Shown one piece after another: positions 20,499 to 31,014 of a stretch of DNA of 64,000 nt (its first letter is position 1; every line of letters starts with the position of its first letter). The stretch spans positions 71,317-135,316 of the forward strand of contig JBMORA010000024.1 of NCBI GenBank assembly GCA_049320885.1, read 5' to 3'. The position numbers and the translations under genes are program-made. The notes beneath the pieces are model-generated. The model was not told the DNA's origin. It searched no databases and saw only the letters and a program-made list of their open reading frames with translations. The DNA is from Thermodesulfobacteriota bacterium (lineage in GTDB: Bacteria > Desulfobacterota > Desulfobacteria > Desulfobacterales > SURF-7).

Positions 20499-23381
20499 AT
20501 GAAGCGATTTCGTTTTCCGTGGTTCCTGTTGACCGTTTGCCTCCTTCCGTTTCCGGCTCATGCCGGCGTTACCGACATCGGCGTGGCCCATGACGCCCGG
20601 GTGGCGGAAGGATACCCCGCCGCCAATTACGGGGGCCGGACCAATATGCTTGTGGCCAGTGCCACGGGCAAGTATAAGAATGAACGCGCCTTGCTGGTCT
20701 TCGATCTCCATGGACACCTGCCCCCCGGCGCGGTCATCACCTCCGCCCGGTTGCGGCTGTATTGTTTTCAATCGGATTCCCGCGACGACATGCCCACGGC
20801 GGTTCACGGCTGCAACGATGTCTCCTGGGCCGAGTCAGCCGTCACCTGGAACAGCCAACCGGCTTTGGGCGGTGAATTGAGCCGCATCACCCTTACGGCC
20901 GGCGAAGAAGAACGCTGGTTCGAATGGGATGTCACCGCTTTCGTTCAATCCCGCTGGTCCGGCGCCCCACCCCGAAAAGTCGGCTTGACGGTCAAGGCCG
21001 TCATCGAGGGACAGGAGCCCTGGCGGACCTACCGGTTCGACGCCAGGGAATTTTCAACCTCCCTGGCCCCCCGCCTGCGCATCACTTACAGGGGCGAATG
21101 GCCCGCGGGAAAAGGGCTCACCATATTTCACATGAACGACGCCCATTCCCGCTTGCTGCCGCATGAATTCGATCTGCCCGAAACCGATGATTCCGCAGTG
21201 TTTGAAAAAGCGGGCGGCGCAGCCTGTCTCGCGACACGGCTGCTTGGGCTGAAAACGGCAAATCCGGACTCCCTGGTTTTGGACGCCGGGGATATTTCCG
21301 AAGGCAGTCCCCTGGGAGATCTGCGCGGCAACGGCGGCATGGTGGCTTTTTACAATCTCCTGCATGGAAAATTAAAGGCCATGGGCGGCCGGGGCATCGA
21401 CGCCGTGGCGGTGGGAAACCACGATGTCCGTTCCATGGAAATGCTCGCCAACCTGAAAAAAAACGCCGCGTTTCCGATCATTTCCCTGAATGTCTGTCAC
21501 AAGGGCACCCGGACCCCCTATTTCGCCCCCCATGTCATTGTCACGGTCAACGGCGCGAGGGTCGGCATCCTCGGTTTCACCAACGATGAATCCTCCTTTC
21601 CGGGGCCGGACGCCGACCCGGTCGTCGACATCGTCAAATGCGCCTGGGAGGATGCCGATCCTGCCACCATCGATATCAAAGAGCATGTCCGCAACCTGCG
21701 GGAAAGGGAAAACTGCGCCGTGGTGGTGATGCTGGCGCATACCGGCCACCGGCGCCTGGTGGCCGGAGAAACGGATGGATCCGCCCCTGCCCTGATCGCC
21801 GATACCGGCGGGGTACTCCCGCCGGAAGTGGTCATCTCCGGTCACTGGCACGCCTGGACCGACACGGTCTGGCAGCCGGCCCATCTGGACGGCAAGACCA
21901 TCATCGCCGAGGCTGCCGCCTATATGCAGTACATCGGCGAACTGGAAGTCACCGGTTACGGCAAATATATCCGGGCCGCCAAGCATCCCATCCGCAACGC
22001 CCCGATTATACCGGATGCGGATGTCGGAAACCTGCTCGCAGCCTTGCGAGCGGAATACAATGCCGGAAATCCGGCCCACGCCCTGGACGAGGTGATCGGT
22101 TATTCCTCGGTGGACCTGACCCTGGACAAGGACAAGTGGTGGACGGTCAGTGAATATCCCTGGAGCGCCGTTAATACGGCCGGCGCCTGGATTTGCGATG
22201 CCATGCAATGGAAGGCCGCCGGTCTGGGGTTTCCGGCGGACCTGGCGATCCAGTCCGGCGGCGGCATCCGCCGGGATGTGCCGGCCGGACCCGTCACCTA
22301 CGGTCAAATCTACGAGACCTATCCCTGGCGGGATGACAACATGGTGCGCATCCAGATGACCGGCAGCCAGATCCGGGACTTCCTGGAAGATAAGAATTGC
22401 GGGGCCTCGATCTCCAGGGGCTGGGTGGTGCGGGCCCATGACGGCGGGATCACCGCCGTCACCCATCAGGGCAATCCCATCGACCCTGCGGGCACCTACA
22501 ATGTGGTGATCAGTGAATACATGCAGGCCCATGAAATGGGCGGCCATTCCACCGATCCCGCACCCGAAGACCTGCGGTACGCCATCCGGGAGGCGGTGGT
22601 GGACTACACAGCAAGGCATGGGAAAGGAGGCACCCCCCTGAGCGTTTCCGGGCCCCGCTATCTCCTGAACACCGAATTCGCCGGCGGATTCCGGGCGGTG
22701 GTCACCATGACCGCCGATGGGGAGCGGGAGCCGTATTTCGAAGCGGTCTTTATCCGGCTGCTGGATGCGTCGCCCGACACCCTGGCCCGCCGGAACCAAT
22801 ACGGTCTGCACGGTCTGGTGCGACACGACGGCTCCATCAACCCGGCGGCCCGGTTCTCCGAAACCATGCTCCATCGCGGTCATCTCGGATTCAAGGACGG
22901 CCTGCTGCGGCCCGGGGATATCATCGAAATCCGCGGCGAAGGCGGCTTTCATGCCGGCAATCCCCGGTTCGTGGACCAGGAAGGCATTGCCGACGCCGGC
23001 AATGAAATGCGCATCATCGGTCGGGATCCCACCTTGTCCCTGCCGGAATACCATGCAACCATCGCTTCCTTCTGGGACGAATGGCATGAAAATCACTACG
23101 TGAAATTCTATGCGGAAAAGACCGGCGCCACAACGGTCAGGGATGCGGCGGGGACCCGGATCATCCTGTTTCAACCGGACGGTTATGATGAAATGACGGC
23201 GCCCGGCGAGGTGGGCGGACTGCTGGAAATCACCGGCGTCAACACCCAGTGGTTCTCGGATCGCCGTTTCCGCTGTCACACCGCGACGAAGGTGCCGGAG
23301 ACCGGCATCATCGGCTATCCGCCCTATTCCTCGTTGGATGCCGTGGGCCGTAAGTTCGCACCGCGAGTTTCTGATCCCTGA
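20499..23381 (+). CDS. Secreted 5'-nucleotidase-family metallophosphoesterase with N-terminal DNRLRE/CBM96-like domain
   Basis: Signal peptide; NDAHS, DAGD, GNHD and GHWH motifs; 5'-NT C-domain GGGIRRD..GPVTY; N-terminal FDL...ITSARLRLY...W.ES.VTWN.QP. Confidence 0.85.
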   Translation: MKRFRFPWFLLTVCLLPFPAHAGVTDIGVAHDARVAEGYPAANYGGRTNMLVASATGKYKNERALLVFDLHGHLPPGAVITSARLRLYCFQSDSRDDMPTAVHGCNDVSWAESAVTWNSQPALGGELSRITLTAGEEERWFEWDVTAFVQSRWSGAPPRKVGLTVKAVIEGQEPWRTYRFDAREFSTSLAPRLRITYRGEWPAGKGLTIFHMNDAHSRLLPHEFDLPETDDSAVFEKAGGAACLATRLLGLKTANPDSLVLDAGDISEGSPLGDLRGNGGMVAFYNLLHGKLKAMGGRGIDAVAVGNHDVRSMEMLANLKKNAAFPIISLNVCHKGTRTPYFAPHVIVTVNGARVGILGFTNDESSFPGPDADPVVDIVKCAWEDADPATIDIKEHVRNLRERENCAVVVMLAHTGHRRLVAGETDGSAPALIADTGGVLPPEVVISGHWHAWTDTVWQPAHLDGKTIIAEAAAYMQYIGELEVTGYGKYIRAAKHPIRNAPIIPDADVGNLLAALRAEYNAGNPAHALDEVIGYSSVDLTLDKDKWWTVSEYPWSAVNTAGAWICDAMQWKAAGLGFPADLAIQSGGGIRRDVPAGPVTYGQIYETYPWRDDNMVRIQMTGSQIRDFLEDKNCGASISRGWVVRAHDGGITAVTHQGNPIDPAGTYNVVISEYMQAHEMGGHSTDPAPEDLRYAIREAVVDYTARHGKGGTPLSVSGPRYLLNTEFAGGFRAVVTMTADGEREPYFEAVFIRLLDASPDTLARRNQYGLHGLVRHDGSINPAARFSETMLHRGHLGFKDGLLRPGDIIEIRGEGGFHAGNPRFVDQEGIADAGNEMRIIGRDPTLSLPEYHATIASFWDEWHENHYVKFYAEKTGATTVRDAAGTRIILFQPDGYDEMTAPGEVGGLLEITGVNTQWFSDRRFRCHTATKVPETGIIGYPPYSSLDAVGRKFAPRVSDP

Positions 23382-23429
23382 CGATCACGGCCGGAGACAG
23401 CCCCAGGTAGCGGCTTTTTGACGTCGGCT

Positions 23430-24644
23430 TCAGACGATTTCGCTCAACCCGTTGCTCCACTGGCAGGCTTGCAGATACAGGGACGGCAGGCGGTCCTCGG
23501 AAACGCTGAGCTTGGCGCACAGGGAGGGAACGGTTTGCCAGCCGCCTTTTTCGTATTCCACGGCCAGTCTCAGAAATCCGGCCAGGACGCCTTTGCGCCA
23601 CACCAGGGCGTCCCGGATCTCCTCGGTCAGGGGGATCTGCTTCATGACCACTTCCATGGGCCGGTCGAGAATGGCGTCAATCCGGGAAAACAGCCCCAGC
23701 AGAAACAGGTCGCCCTGCGCTGCGCCGCCGGTGCTGATAGCGCCCAGCATTTCACAGAATTTGGCCCGGATGCAGGAGGAACGGATGAGTTCCTCGGGTT
23801 TTTCCGAAGCCACCTCGGACAGGGCGATGAGCGACACGAAGCGCCGGATTTCATCCGAGCCGATGTAGAAAAGCGCCTCCTTGATGCTGGTGATGGCCTG
23901 GCGTCGCTTGAAAAAAGCGGAATTGATATAGCGCAGCAGTTTGAAGGACAAGGACACATCCCGGGTGATCAGGGCCTCCACCTGCATGAAATCGAATTCC
24001 CGGCGGTTTACCTCGGCCATGAGCTGCAGGAGGGTCATCTGGATCCCCGGGATCTCCCGGCCCTGGATGATTTCCGGTTTGGAGAAAAAATAGCCCTGGA
24101 ACAGCTCAAAACCCATTTCCAGGGCCTTGTCGAATTCCTGATGGGTTTCGACCTTTTCCGCCAGCAAGCGGATGCGCCGGACCGGCAGCTGGCGCAGGTA
24201 TTGCCGGATCACCTCTTCCGGCGTTGACCGGAAGTCGATCTTGATGATGCTTGCCAGGGAGATCAGGACTTCCATCCCGGGCTGGAGGACGAAATCGTCC
24301 AGGGCCAGAACATATCCCTTTTCCGCCATGTTCCGACAGGCGGCGATGACGCCCTCCTCCGGCCGGACAGTCTCCAGGATTTCCACCACCGTCACCTGCT
24401 GCGGAAACAGCAGGGGCAGTTCGTTGACCAGCAGGTTCGCGGTGAAATTGATGAAGGCCTGTTTTCCGCCGGTGATCTGCTCGATGCCGATGGTGAAAAA
24501 CGTACTGGACAGGAGCTTGGACGTGGCCGTGTCCCCGTCCAGACCGGAAAAATAATTGTCCAGGCCGTTGCGAAACAGAAGTTCATAGGCTGCCACGTTT
24601 TTCTGTTTGTCGAAAATGGGCTGACGGGCGAGAAATGCATCCAT
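23430..24644 (-). CDS. EAL-HDOD domain protein (putative c-di-GMP phosphodiesterase)
   Basis: ARQPIF, YELLFR, LALDDF, AEKVET and FQGYFF motifs; HDOD LSFKLLRYINSA. Confidence 0.93.
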   Translation of the reverse strand: MDAFLARQPIFDKQKNVAAYELLFRNGLDNYFSGLDGDTATSKLLSSTFFTIGIEQITGGKQAFINFTANLLVNELPLLFPQQVTVVEILETVRPEEGVIAACRNMAEKGYVLALDDFVLQPGMEVLISLASIIKIDFRSTPEEVIRQYLRQLPVRRIRLLAEKVETHQEFDKALEMGFELFQGYFFSKPEIIQGREIPGIQMTLLQLMAEVNRREFDFMQVEALITRDVSLSFKLLRYINSAFFKRRQAITSIKEALFYIGSDEIRRFVSLIALSEVASEKPEELIRSSCIRAKFCEMLGAISTGGAAQGDLFLLGLFSRIDAILDRPMEVVMKQIPLTEEIRDALVWRKGVLAGFLRLAVEYEKGGWQTVPSLCAKLSVSEDRLPSLYLQACQWSNGLSEIV

Positions 24645-24708
24645 GCGGAGAACTTTCCAATGAGAGGTTGCCGATGCCTTGCAGTATACCGGCTGCCGAC
24701 AGGAAACG

Positions 24709-25386
24709 TCAACTGTTCCGTGCCTTCTGCCCGAACATGGCATGGTGAAGCATCCGGGCCGTGAAATAGACGAAAAAACAGGCGAAAATGATATCGCTGA
24801 GATAGTGGCCGCCCTGATAAATCCGGGTGGCCCCCACCACCGCGGTGTACAGGCAGGTGCCGGCGGCGATCTTGTCGCGCTGCCTCCGCCGGATCATGGC
24901 AAAGGAAATGAAATAAAAAGCCAGGGAGGCATGACCGCTGACAAAGGAGCAGTTGTTGTCGCACTGGTCGGAGAGCTCAAAGGCCGGGGTGAATTTCAAT
25001 TTGCCGCCGAACTGCTCGATATGGGCCGGCCGGGCCCGGCCGGAGATGTTTTTGCTGACCAGGTTCACCACCAGCCCCGGTCCCAGGGCCAATACCAGCA
25101 GAAGAAACAGAAGCTCCCTGGCGGTCAAGGTCAGAACCGGGCGTTTCTTGAAACCGACAAACGCCAGCAGCCCCAGCAGGCCGGCCACGGTCACGACGGT
25201 CAGCACTTCCACGGAGTGATAGATCAGCCGGATGACCGGTGGATGATTGTTGTAGTATAGGCTTTGGGGATGACAGGCCAGGTCCGCCACCCACAGATCG
25301 ATTTCCGGGAAACGATGGAAAACCGCCGCCAGAACCGCAAAGGCCCCCAGCGCGGTCCAGGAAATGCCGAAGAGTCCTTTCTTCAT
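24709..25386 (-). CDS. PAP2-family membrane phosphatase (lipid A phosphatase-like)
   Basis: K..SGRARP, SFVSGH and TRIYQGGHYLSD motifs. Confidence 0.9.
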   Translation of the reverse strand: MKKGLFGISWTALGAFAVLAAVFHRFPEIDLWVADLACHPQSLYYNNHPPVIRLIYHSVEVLTVVTVAGLLGLLAFVGFKKRPVLTLTARELLFLLLVLALGPGLVVNLVSKNISGRARPAHIEQFGGKLKFTPAFELSDQCDNNCSFVSGHASLAFYFISFAMIRRRQRDKIAAGTCLYTAVVGATRIYQGGHYLSDIIFACFFVYFTARMLHHAMFGQKARNS

Positions 25387-26348
25387 CCCCGGCCCTCCCC
25401 CCCGGAAAACCCGTAGCGGACCTTGGCCTCCTCGAATTTTTTGCGGTGGGGCCCTTCGGGGATATCGATGATCCGCCAGCGCCGGTGGACCCAGAACCAG
25501 CTTTCCGGAGACAGCCGGATATATTTCTCGATCACCCGGTTGAAGCGTTCCGTGTTGACCAGGACATCCTCACCGATATCCCCGGTGCGGATGAGTTCCA
25601 GGGGCGGTTCGATCACGATCCGGTAGCGGCCGTCCGCCAGCGGATAGTTGAATACGGGCAGGATGGGGGTGCCATAGCGCAGGGCGAACAGCGCCAACCC
25701 CTTGTTGGTGCAGGCGAGCCTGCTGAAAAAAGGGACATAGACGCCTTCGTACCAAGAGGCGTTCTGGTCCAGCAGGATGCCGACGGCCTGGTTTTCCTGG
25801 AGCAACTGCCGGATGAGGGCCTGGCTGTCGTCCTTGTCCACCACGCGGTTGCCGGTGGCGCTGCGGATTTCGTTCATGATCCGGTTGACGGGCGCATAAT
25901 CGAGGGGCCGGGCGATCACATGGCAGCTTTTCCCGCTTTTCAGGGCCCAGGCCAGGGCCATCAATTCCCAGTTGCCCAGGTGGGCCGTGAGCAGCAGCAT
26001 GCCCTTGCCTGCCGACATCCGTTTTTCGATATGCTGCAAGCCGGAAAAAACCACATACCGGTCCAGGTTTTCCCGGCGGAGCCTCATCAGGGAGGGGATT
26101 TCCAGAAACAGTCTGGCCAGTTGAATGAAATTGGCCTGAATCAGGCGGTTGAGGGCTTGCCGGTCCATCTCCTCGCCGAAGGCGATCCGCAGGTTTTCAT
26201 AGGCGATGGCCCGGTGCCGGCGATCCAGACCGTACCAGATTTTGCCCACGGGAACCGCCAGCTTCATGATGGCGCTCCGGGGAACGGCTGAAAAGATCTT
26301 GAGGAAAAACTTGATCAACTGGTATTGCGGCTCGTAGCGTCTATGCAT
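25383..26348 (-). CDS. Lipid A late acyltransferase (LpxL/HtrB family)
   Basis: TAHLGNWE, LLDQ, VPFF and PESWFWVHRRW motifs. Confidence 0.92.
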   Translation of the reverse strand: MHRRYEPQYQLIKFFLKIFSAVPRSAIMKLAVPVGKIWYGLDRRHRAIAYENLRIAFGEEMDRQALNRLIQANFIQLARLFLEIPSLMRLRRENLDRYVVFSGLQHIEKRMSAGKGMLLLTAHLGNWELMALAWALKSGKSCHVIARPLDYAPVNRIMNEIRSATGNRVVDKDDSQALIRQLLQENQAVGILLDQNASWYEGVYVPFFSRLACTNKGLALFALRYGTPILPVFNYPLADGRYRIVIEPPLELIRTGDIGEDVLVNTERFNRVIEKYIRLSPESWFWVHRRWRIIDIPEGPHRKKFEEAKVRYGFSGGEGRG

Positions 26349-26366
26349 ATCGTCGTTTCCCCCTGT

Positions 26367-27431
26367 TCACGGAGTCGAATTTCGCTGACCCAGGGCGTGA
26401 TCGAGAATATCCTTCAGGGCGGTTTTCATTCTGGCCGGACTGAAATGCAGATCGAAGAGCCCGCGGGTCGCAAGCCCCCGCCGCGCCAGGGAAGCTGGGT
26501 CCGCCAGCCATTCCCGGACCTTGCCGGCCAGGGCCGCCGGGTCGCCGTCGGGTACCCAGCCGATCACTTCCGAGCCGTCCAGGGTTCCGGCATAGCCTCT
26601 GGAGCGGCTCGTGATCACCGGTCGGCCCATGGCCATGGCCTGAAATATTTTATTGGGGATCACCAGATCCGTGAGCACCGTGGGTCCGAAAACTCCCAAA
26701 AGGATATGGGCCCGGGCAATGCGGTCCGGCAGGGTTTCATAGGGAATCCAGGATTCAAAGCGGATATTGGGATAGCCCCGGGCTTCCGCCCGGATGGCTT
26801 CCTTCAGGTCCCCTTCTCCCAGAAGGGTCCAGACGACGTCCGGCCGGTCGAAAAGTTTCGCGGCCCGGACGATGACCTCGACGCCGTGCAGTTCCAGGAA
26901 ACTGCCGTAAAAAAGCAGCTCGAAGGGCGGTCCGGCTTCCGGCAACGGACGGGGTTCGAAAAGCCCGGCCTCCGCGCTGACAAACAGCACGTGGCATTTA
27001 TCGGGCTGGACATGCAGCCGCTCCTGGAAGAATGCGGCATGGGCGGAGGTATCCGCCACCAGGATGTCGCCCTTGCGGAACAGACCGGCTTCCCACAACC
27101 GCCGGCGTTCGGCCCTGGGGGATTCCGGGGGCCATTTCCGGCGTTCGAAGACTTCCTTTTCGTAGGCGGAAATCAGGGGATCGAGCACCAATGGAACCCG
27201 CCATTTCTTCGCCCAGACGGCCGCCGAATGGATGTCGCGATGGCGGAAACAGGGCACCCACAGAAGATCCGGCCGGGACGGCCGACGGACAGCCGCTTCC
27301 AGCAGGCCCAGCTGACTGGAAAACGGATGGAAATACGCCACCTCCCAGCCCAGGTCCGCAAACAGACCCCGCACGATCCGGTTCCGGGAATAGTCCCGCT
27401 CGGTTCTGCCCCACCACAAGACCGTCGGCAT
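26367..27431 (-). CDS. Glycosyltransferase family 4
   Basis: FYGSF..LHG and PNKIFQAMAMGRPVIT motifs. Confidence 0.9.
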   Translation of the reverse strand: MPTVLWWGRTERDYSRNRIVRGLFADLGWEVAYFHPFSSQLGLLEAAVRRPSRPDLLWVPCFRHRDIHSAAVWAKKWRVPLVLDPLISAYEKEVFERRKWPPESPRAERRRLWEAGLFRKGDILVADTSAHAAFFQERLHVQPDKCHVLFVSAEAGLFEPRPLPEAGPPFELLFYGSFLELHGVEVIVRAAKLFDRPDVVWTLLGEGDLKEAIRAEARGYPNIRFESWIPYETLPDRIARAHILLGVFGPTVLTDLVIPNKIFQAMAMGRPVITSRSRGYAGTLDGSEVIGWVPDGDPAALAGKVREWLADPASLARRGLATRGLFDLHFSPARMKTALKDILDHALGQRNSTP

Positions 27432-28615
27432 CAGCCTTCCCCCATGCGACGGGTTCCGTTCTTGCCGTCCCGGCTCGCCGCGTCCCCGAGGAGTTTGTGA
27501 TAGACGGCGACGGTCCGTTCAAAGGTTTTCCGGGCCGTGAACTGCCGCCGGACCCAGGCGCGGCCGGCCTTCCCCATGCGCATGGCCCGGTCTTTATCCG
27601 TTATGGCCGCGGCCATGGCGCGGGCCATCCGGGCTTCGTCCCCCGGCGTCACCAGCCAGCCGGATTCCCCGTCCAGAACGACTTCCAGACTGCCGCCGTG
27701 AGCCGTGGCGATCACCGGCGTTCCCATGGCCTGGGCCTCCACCGCGATCCGGCCGAAGGATTCCGGCTGGGTGGAGGCGGAAACCACCACCCGGGCCGCC
27801 ATCAAGGCCGCGGGCATGTCCGCGCAGTAACCCACGAAACGCACCCGGTCCGCCACTCCCAGCGAATCCGCCAATTCCCGCAACTCCTGGTGGAGTTTTG
27901 GATTTTCCGCCGTATCCCCGGCGCAGACCGCCAGCCAGGGCAATTCCCGGATTTTCGAAAGGCTGCGGATGAACAGGTCGTGGCCTTTCAGCCGCGTGAT
28001 CCGGCCGGGCAGCAGAATGATCGGCGGGTGATGTTCCGCGACGCCCCATTGTCCCAGAAGCCCCGTCTTCCGCTCAATGCCGACCCGTTCGGGATCGAAA
28101 CGGGTTTCGTCATATCCACCGTAAACAATGTCCATGGAATCCGCCGGCAGCCCGTAGGCCGCCTCGATGTGGCCGGCGATGGTGCGGGATACGGCGATGA
28201 CTCTCTGCCCCCTGGTCATGATGGCGCTGTAAGCATTGACGGAATAAAAACCGTGAAAGGTGGTGACCAGCCCCGGCCGCTTTGCCCCGGGCAGGCTTTT
28301 CCAGGCCAGGTATCCCACCCAGGCGGGCAACCGCGACCGCAGATGCAGGATGTCCACCCGGGAACGAACCAGCAGCCTGCGCAGCGGCAACAGATGGGCC
28401 AGACAACGGGGACTTTTTTCGCCGATATGGGCCCAGGCAAGATGCTCGCCCCCTGCGGCGGTGAGATCCGCCACCATCCGGCCTCCCCGGGAGATCACGA
28501 TGGAGCGGTGCCCCTGCCCGGTGAGATACCCCGACAATTCGACGGTCTCGCATTCCACCCCGCCCTCTTCCAGATCCGGCAGCATTTGTACGACTGTCAA
28601 TGCCCGCTTGCCCAT
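27431..28615 (-). CDS. Glycosyltransferase family 4
   Basis: GGVE, GRITRLKG and PESFGRIAVEAQAMGTPV motifs; start moved to MGKRAL. Confidence 0.93.
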   Translation of the reverse strand: MGKRALTVVQMLPDLEEGGVECETVELSGYLTGQGHRSIVISRGGRMVADLTAAGGEHLAWAHIGEKSPRCLAHLLPLRRLLVRSRVDILHLRSRLPAWVGYLAWKSLPGAKRPGLVTTFHGFYSVNAYSAIMTRGQRVIAVSRTIAGHIEAAYGLPADSMDIVYGGYDETRFDPERVGIERKTGLLGQWGVAEHHPPIILLPGRITRLKGHDLFIRSLSKIRELPWLAVCAGDTAENPKLHQELRELADSLGVADRVRFVGYCADMPAALMAARVVVSASTQPESFGRIAVEAQAMGTPVIATAHGGSLEVVLDGESGWLVTPGDEARMARAMAAAITDKDRAMRMGKAGRAWVRRQFTARKTFERTVAVYHKLLGDAASRDGKNGTRRMGEG

Positions 28616-28763
28616 GTCCCTCCATTCCCCGCCAACGGCCTTGCGCCTAACCAAGGCTGCAAAAATAAACCGTCGGCCGCTCTTTTGCAACCCATTTCCG
28701 TGCAAAACAGATCAATATCTGTTGAGAATGACTCAAGAACAATTGATACGCTCAACACCGAAA

Positions 28764-28819
28764 TGGATGAAATCGTGCAAAGTCCCCATTCCGTGGCGCT
28801 CGCGAAAGCGGAAGCCCGG
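28764..28819 (+). repeat. REP-like element, inverted copy of 45820-45875
   Basis: 45 of 56 positions match the reverse complement of 45820-45875 in an ungapped manual alignment. Confidence 0.7.
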
Positions 28820-29038
28820 GATATATTGCATCAAAAACCCTCCGGAACAACCTCTTTACAATCCCCATATATATTTGGTAATCATATGTCGAGGCGTACA
28901 GAGCGGCTCGGTTCAACCAATTTTTATCCATCATTCCGTTGAGACATATCCTGATGAAAAAGGAAAAATAAACTTCCATGAGTATAAATAAGTCATGATG
29001 CTGGTGAGGAACCTGATAGTTGACCATCGGGAGGGGAC

Positions 29039-31003
29039 TTGACGACAGGCCGGTGGATGGCGGCAACCATTGCGCCGCTGCTGAAACGTCTGGGATTGCT
29101 GCTGGGGATTTACACCCTGAGCCGGATCGGTTTTTTCTGGTTCAACCGCCATCTGTTCCAATGGGTGGATGGGCCGGAACTGCTCAGGCTCCTGGTTTTC
29201 GGACTGCGTTTCGATCTCGCGGCCCTGGCCGTGATCAACGCCCTGTTCATTCTGCTGTCCCTGCTGCCCGTGGTCCGCATGGCCTCCCGGCCGGCCCAGG
29301 CATTTCTCCTCTATCTGTATGTCCTGCCCAACAGCGTTGCGCTGCTGCTGAACTGCGTCGACTTTGAATATTTCCGGTTCATCAACAAACGCGCAACCAG
29401 CCATCTGTTCCATTTCATCACCCTCAGCGACGATGTTCTCACGCTGATCCCGCGATTCATCCAGGACTTCTGGTATGTGGCGGCGGCCTGGATCGGGCTG
29501 ACCTGGCTGCTGGTCCGGCAATTCCGCCGTTCGGTCCCTGACCGCAGCCCCCGGAGGGCTTCCGCGGCCTTCTACGCCGGCCAGTCGCTTGCGCTCGTGC
29601 TGGGAATGCTGCTCACCGTCATCGCCGTCCGCGGGGGTCTCCAGGACACGCCCATCAGCCTGAAAACCGCCGGCAGCATGACCGAGCCAAAAAATGTGGC
29701 CCTGCTGATCAACACCCCCTTTTCCATCATCAGCACCCTCGGCAAACGCCATCTGGAGCCCAGAACCTATTTTTCCGCAGGCGACATCGCGGCGGAGGAA
29801 CAGCGCTTGTATCATCGCAACCGCTCCGGAGAGCCTTTCAAACCCAGGAATGTCGTCATTTTCATCCTGGAGAGCTTCTCCCGGGAATACATGGGCCCGC
29901 CCTACGGTGAGGAAGCCCTCACCCCCTTCCTGGACACCCTGGCCCATCGCGGACTGTTTTGCAGCCGGGCCTTTGCCAACGGCACCGATTCCATTTCCGG
30001 CATCCCCGCCGTGGTGAACGGCATCCCCTCCCTGGACGCAACCCCCTTCATCAATTCGCCCTATGCCGCCAACCCCACCGACAGCCTGGCCGTTCTGCTC
30101 GGCGGCGCGGGTTACCACACATCCTTTTTTCATGGGGCCAAAAGGGGCTCGCTGGATCTGGATACGTTTGCCGGAAGCGCCGGCTTCCAGCACTATTTCG
30201 GCCTGGACGATTTCGTGGACAACGACCGTTTCCAGGGCCGCTGGGGAAAACACGACAAGGCTTTTGTCCAGCAGGTGGCCGGTCTCTGGGGGGTGCACGA
30301 CGATCCTTTTTTTCAATACGTCGCCCGGCAGCTGGAAACCCAGCCCCGCCCGTTCCTCAGCGTGGTGTTTTCCCTCTCCTCCCATCATCCCTATGCCCTG
30401 CCGCGGGAAGTGGAAACGCAATTCGCCGCCGGCAGCCACCCCATCCACCGCACGGTTCGCTATGCCGACGAGGCCCTGCGGCGATTTTTCGAGACCGTTG
30501 CCAAAACCGACTGGTACCGGGACACCCTTTTCGTCATCACGGCCGATCATACGGCCCAGGCCGGAAACGCCTTTTACAAAACCCGGGTGGGACGGTATGC
30601 GATCCCGTTGATCTATTATTGTCCCGGCGATCCGGAGCTGACCGGAATGTCCGGCCAGGTCACCCAGCAGATCGATATCCTGCCCACCATTCTGGATTAT
30701 CTGAAATACGACCAGCCGTTCTTCGGTTTCGGTGACAGCATTTTTCAAACCGACCGCCGGGGAATCGCCATCAGCTTCCAGGAAGACATCTACCAGTTGA
30801 TCCGGGGCGACCATGCCCTGACGTTCAACGGGGAACACGGCACGGCCCTGTATGACTACGCGGCCGATCCGGTTCTGGGGAACAACCTGCTGTCCCGATC
30901 TCCGGAAACAGCGGCCGACCTGGAAAAAAGCTGCAAACTATTTATCCAGACTTACAACCAGGCCATGATTCAAAACCGAATGACGGCCCGGGCATGGAAA
31001 TAA
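29039..31003 (+). CDS. LTA synthase/MdoB-family sulfatase-fold membrane transferase
   Basis: N-terminal TMs; NVVIFILESF, LTPFLD, SSHHPY, TADH and QQIDILPT motifs. Confidence 0.92.
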   Translation: MTTGRWMAATIAPLLKRLGLLLGIYTLSRIGFFWFNRHLFQWVDGPELLRLLVFGLRFDLAALAVINALFILLSLLPVVRMASRPAQAFLLYLYVLPNSVALLLNCVDFEYFRFINKRATSHLFHFITLSDDVLTLIPRFIQDFWYVAAAWIGLTWLLVRQFRRSVPDRSPRRASAAFYAGQSLALVLGMLLTVIAVRGGLQDTPISLKTAGSMTEPKNVALLINTPFSIISTLGKRHLEPRTYFSAGDIAAEEQRLYHRNRSGEPFKPRNVVIFILESFSREYMGPPYGEEALTPFLDTLAHRGLFCSRAFANGTDSISGIPAVVNGIPSLDATPFINSPYAANPTDSLAVLLGGAGYHTSFFHGAKRGSLDLDTFAGSAGFQHYFGLDDFVDNDRFQGRWGKHDKAFVQQVAGLWGVHDDPFFQYVARQLETQPRPFLSVVFSLSSHHPYALPREVETQFAAGSHPIHRTVRYADEALRRFFETVAKTDWYRDTLFVITADHTAQAGNAFYKTRVGRYAIPLIYYCPGDPELTGMSGQVTQQIDILPTILDYLKYDQPFFGFGDSIFQTDRRGIAISFQEDIYQLIRGDHALTFNGEHGTALYDYAADPVLGNNLLSRSPETAADLEKSCKLFIQTYNQAMIQNRMTARAWK

Positions 31004-31014
31004 GGAGGCATCCC

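Noticed and set aside
26325..28942. Plus-strand ORFs 26325-27500 and 27032-28942
   Set aside because: They overlap the GT4 genes on the opposite strand and have non-protein-like composition.
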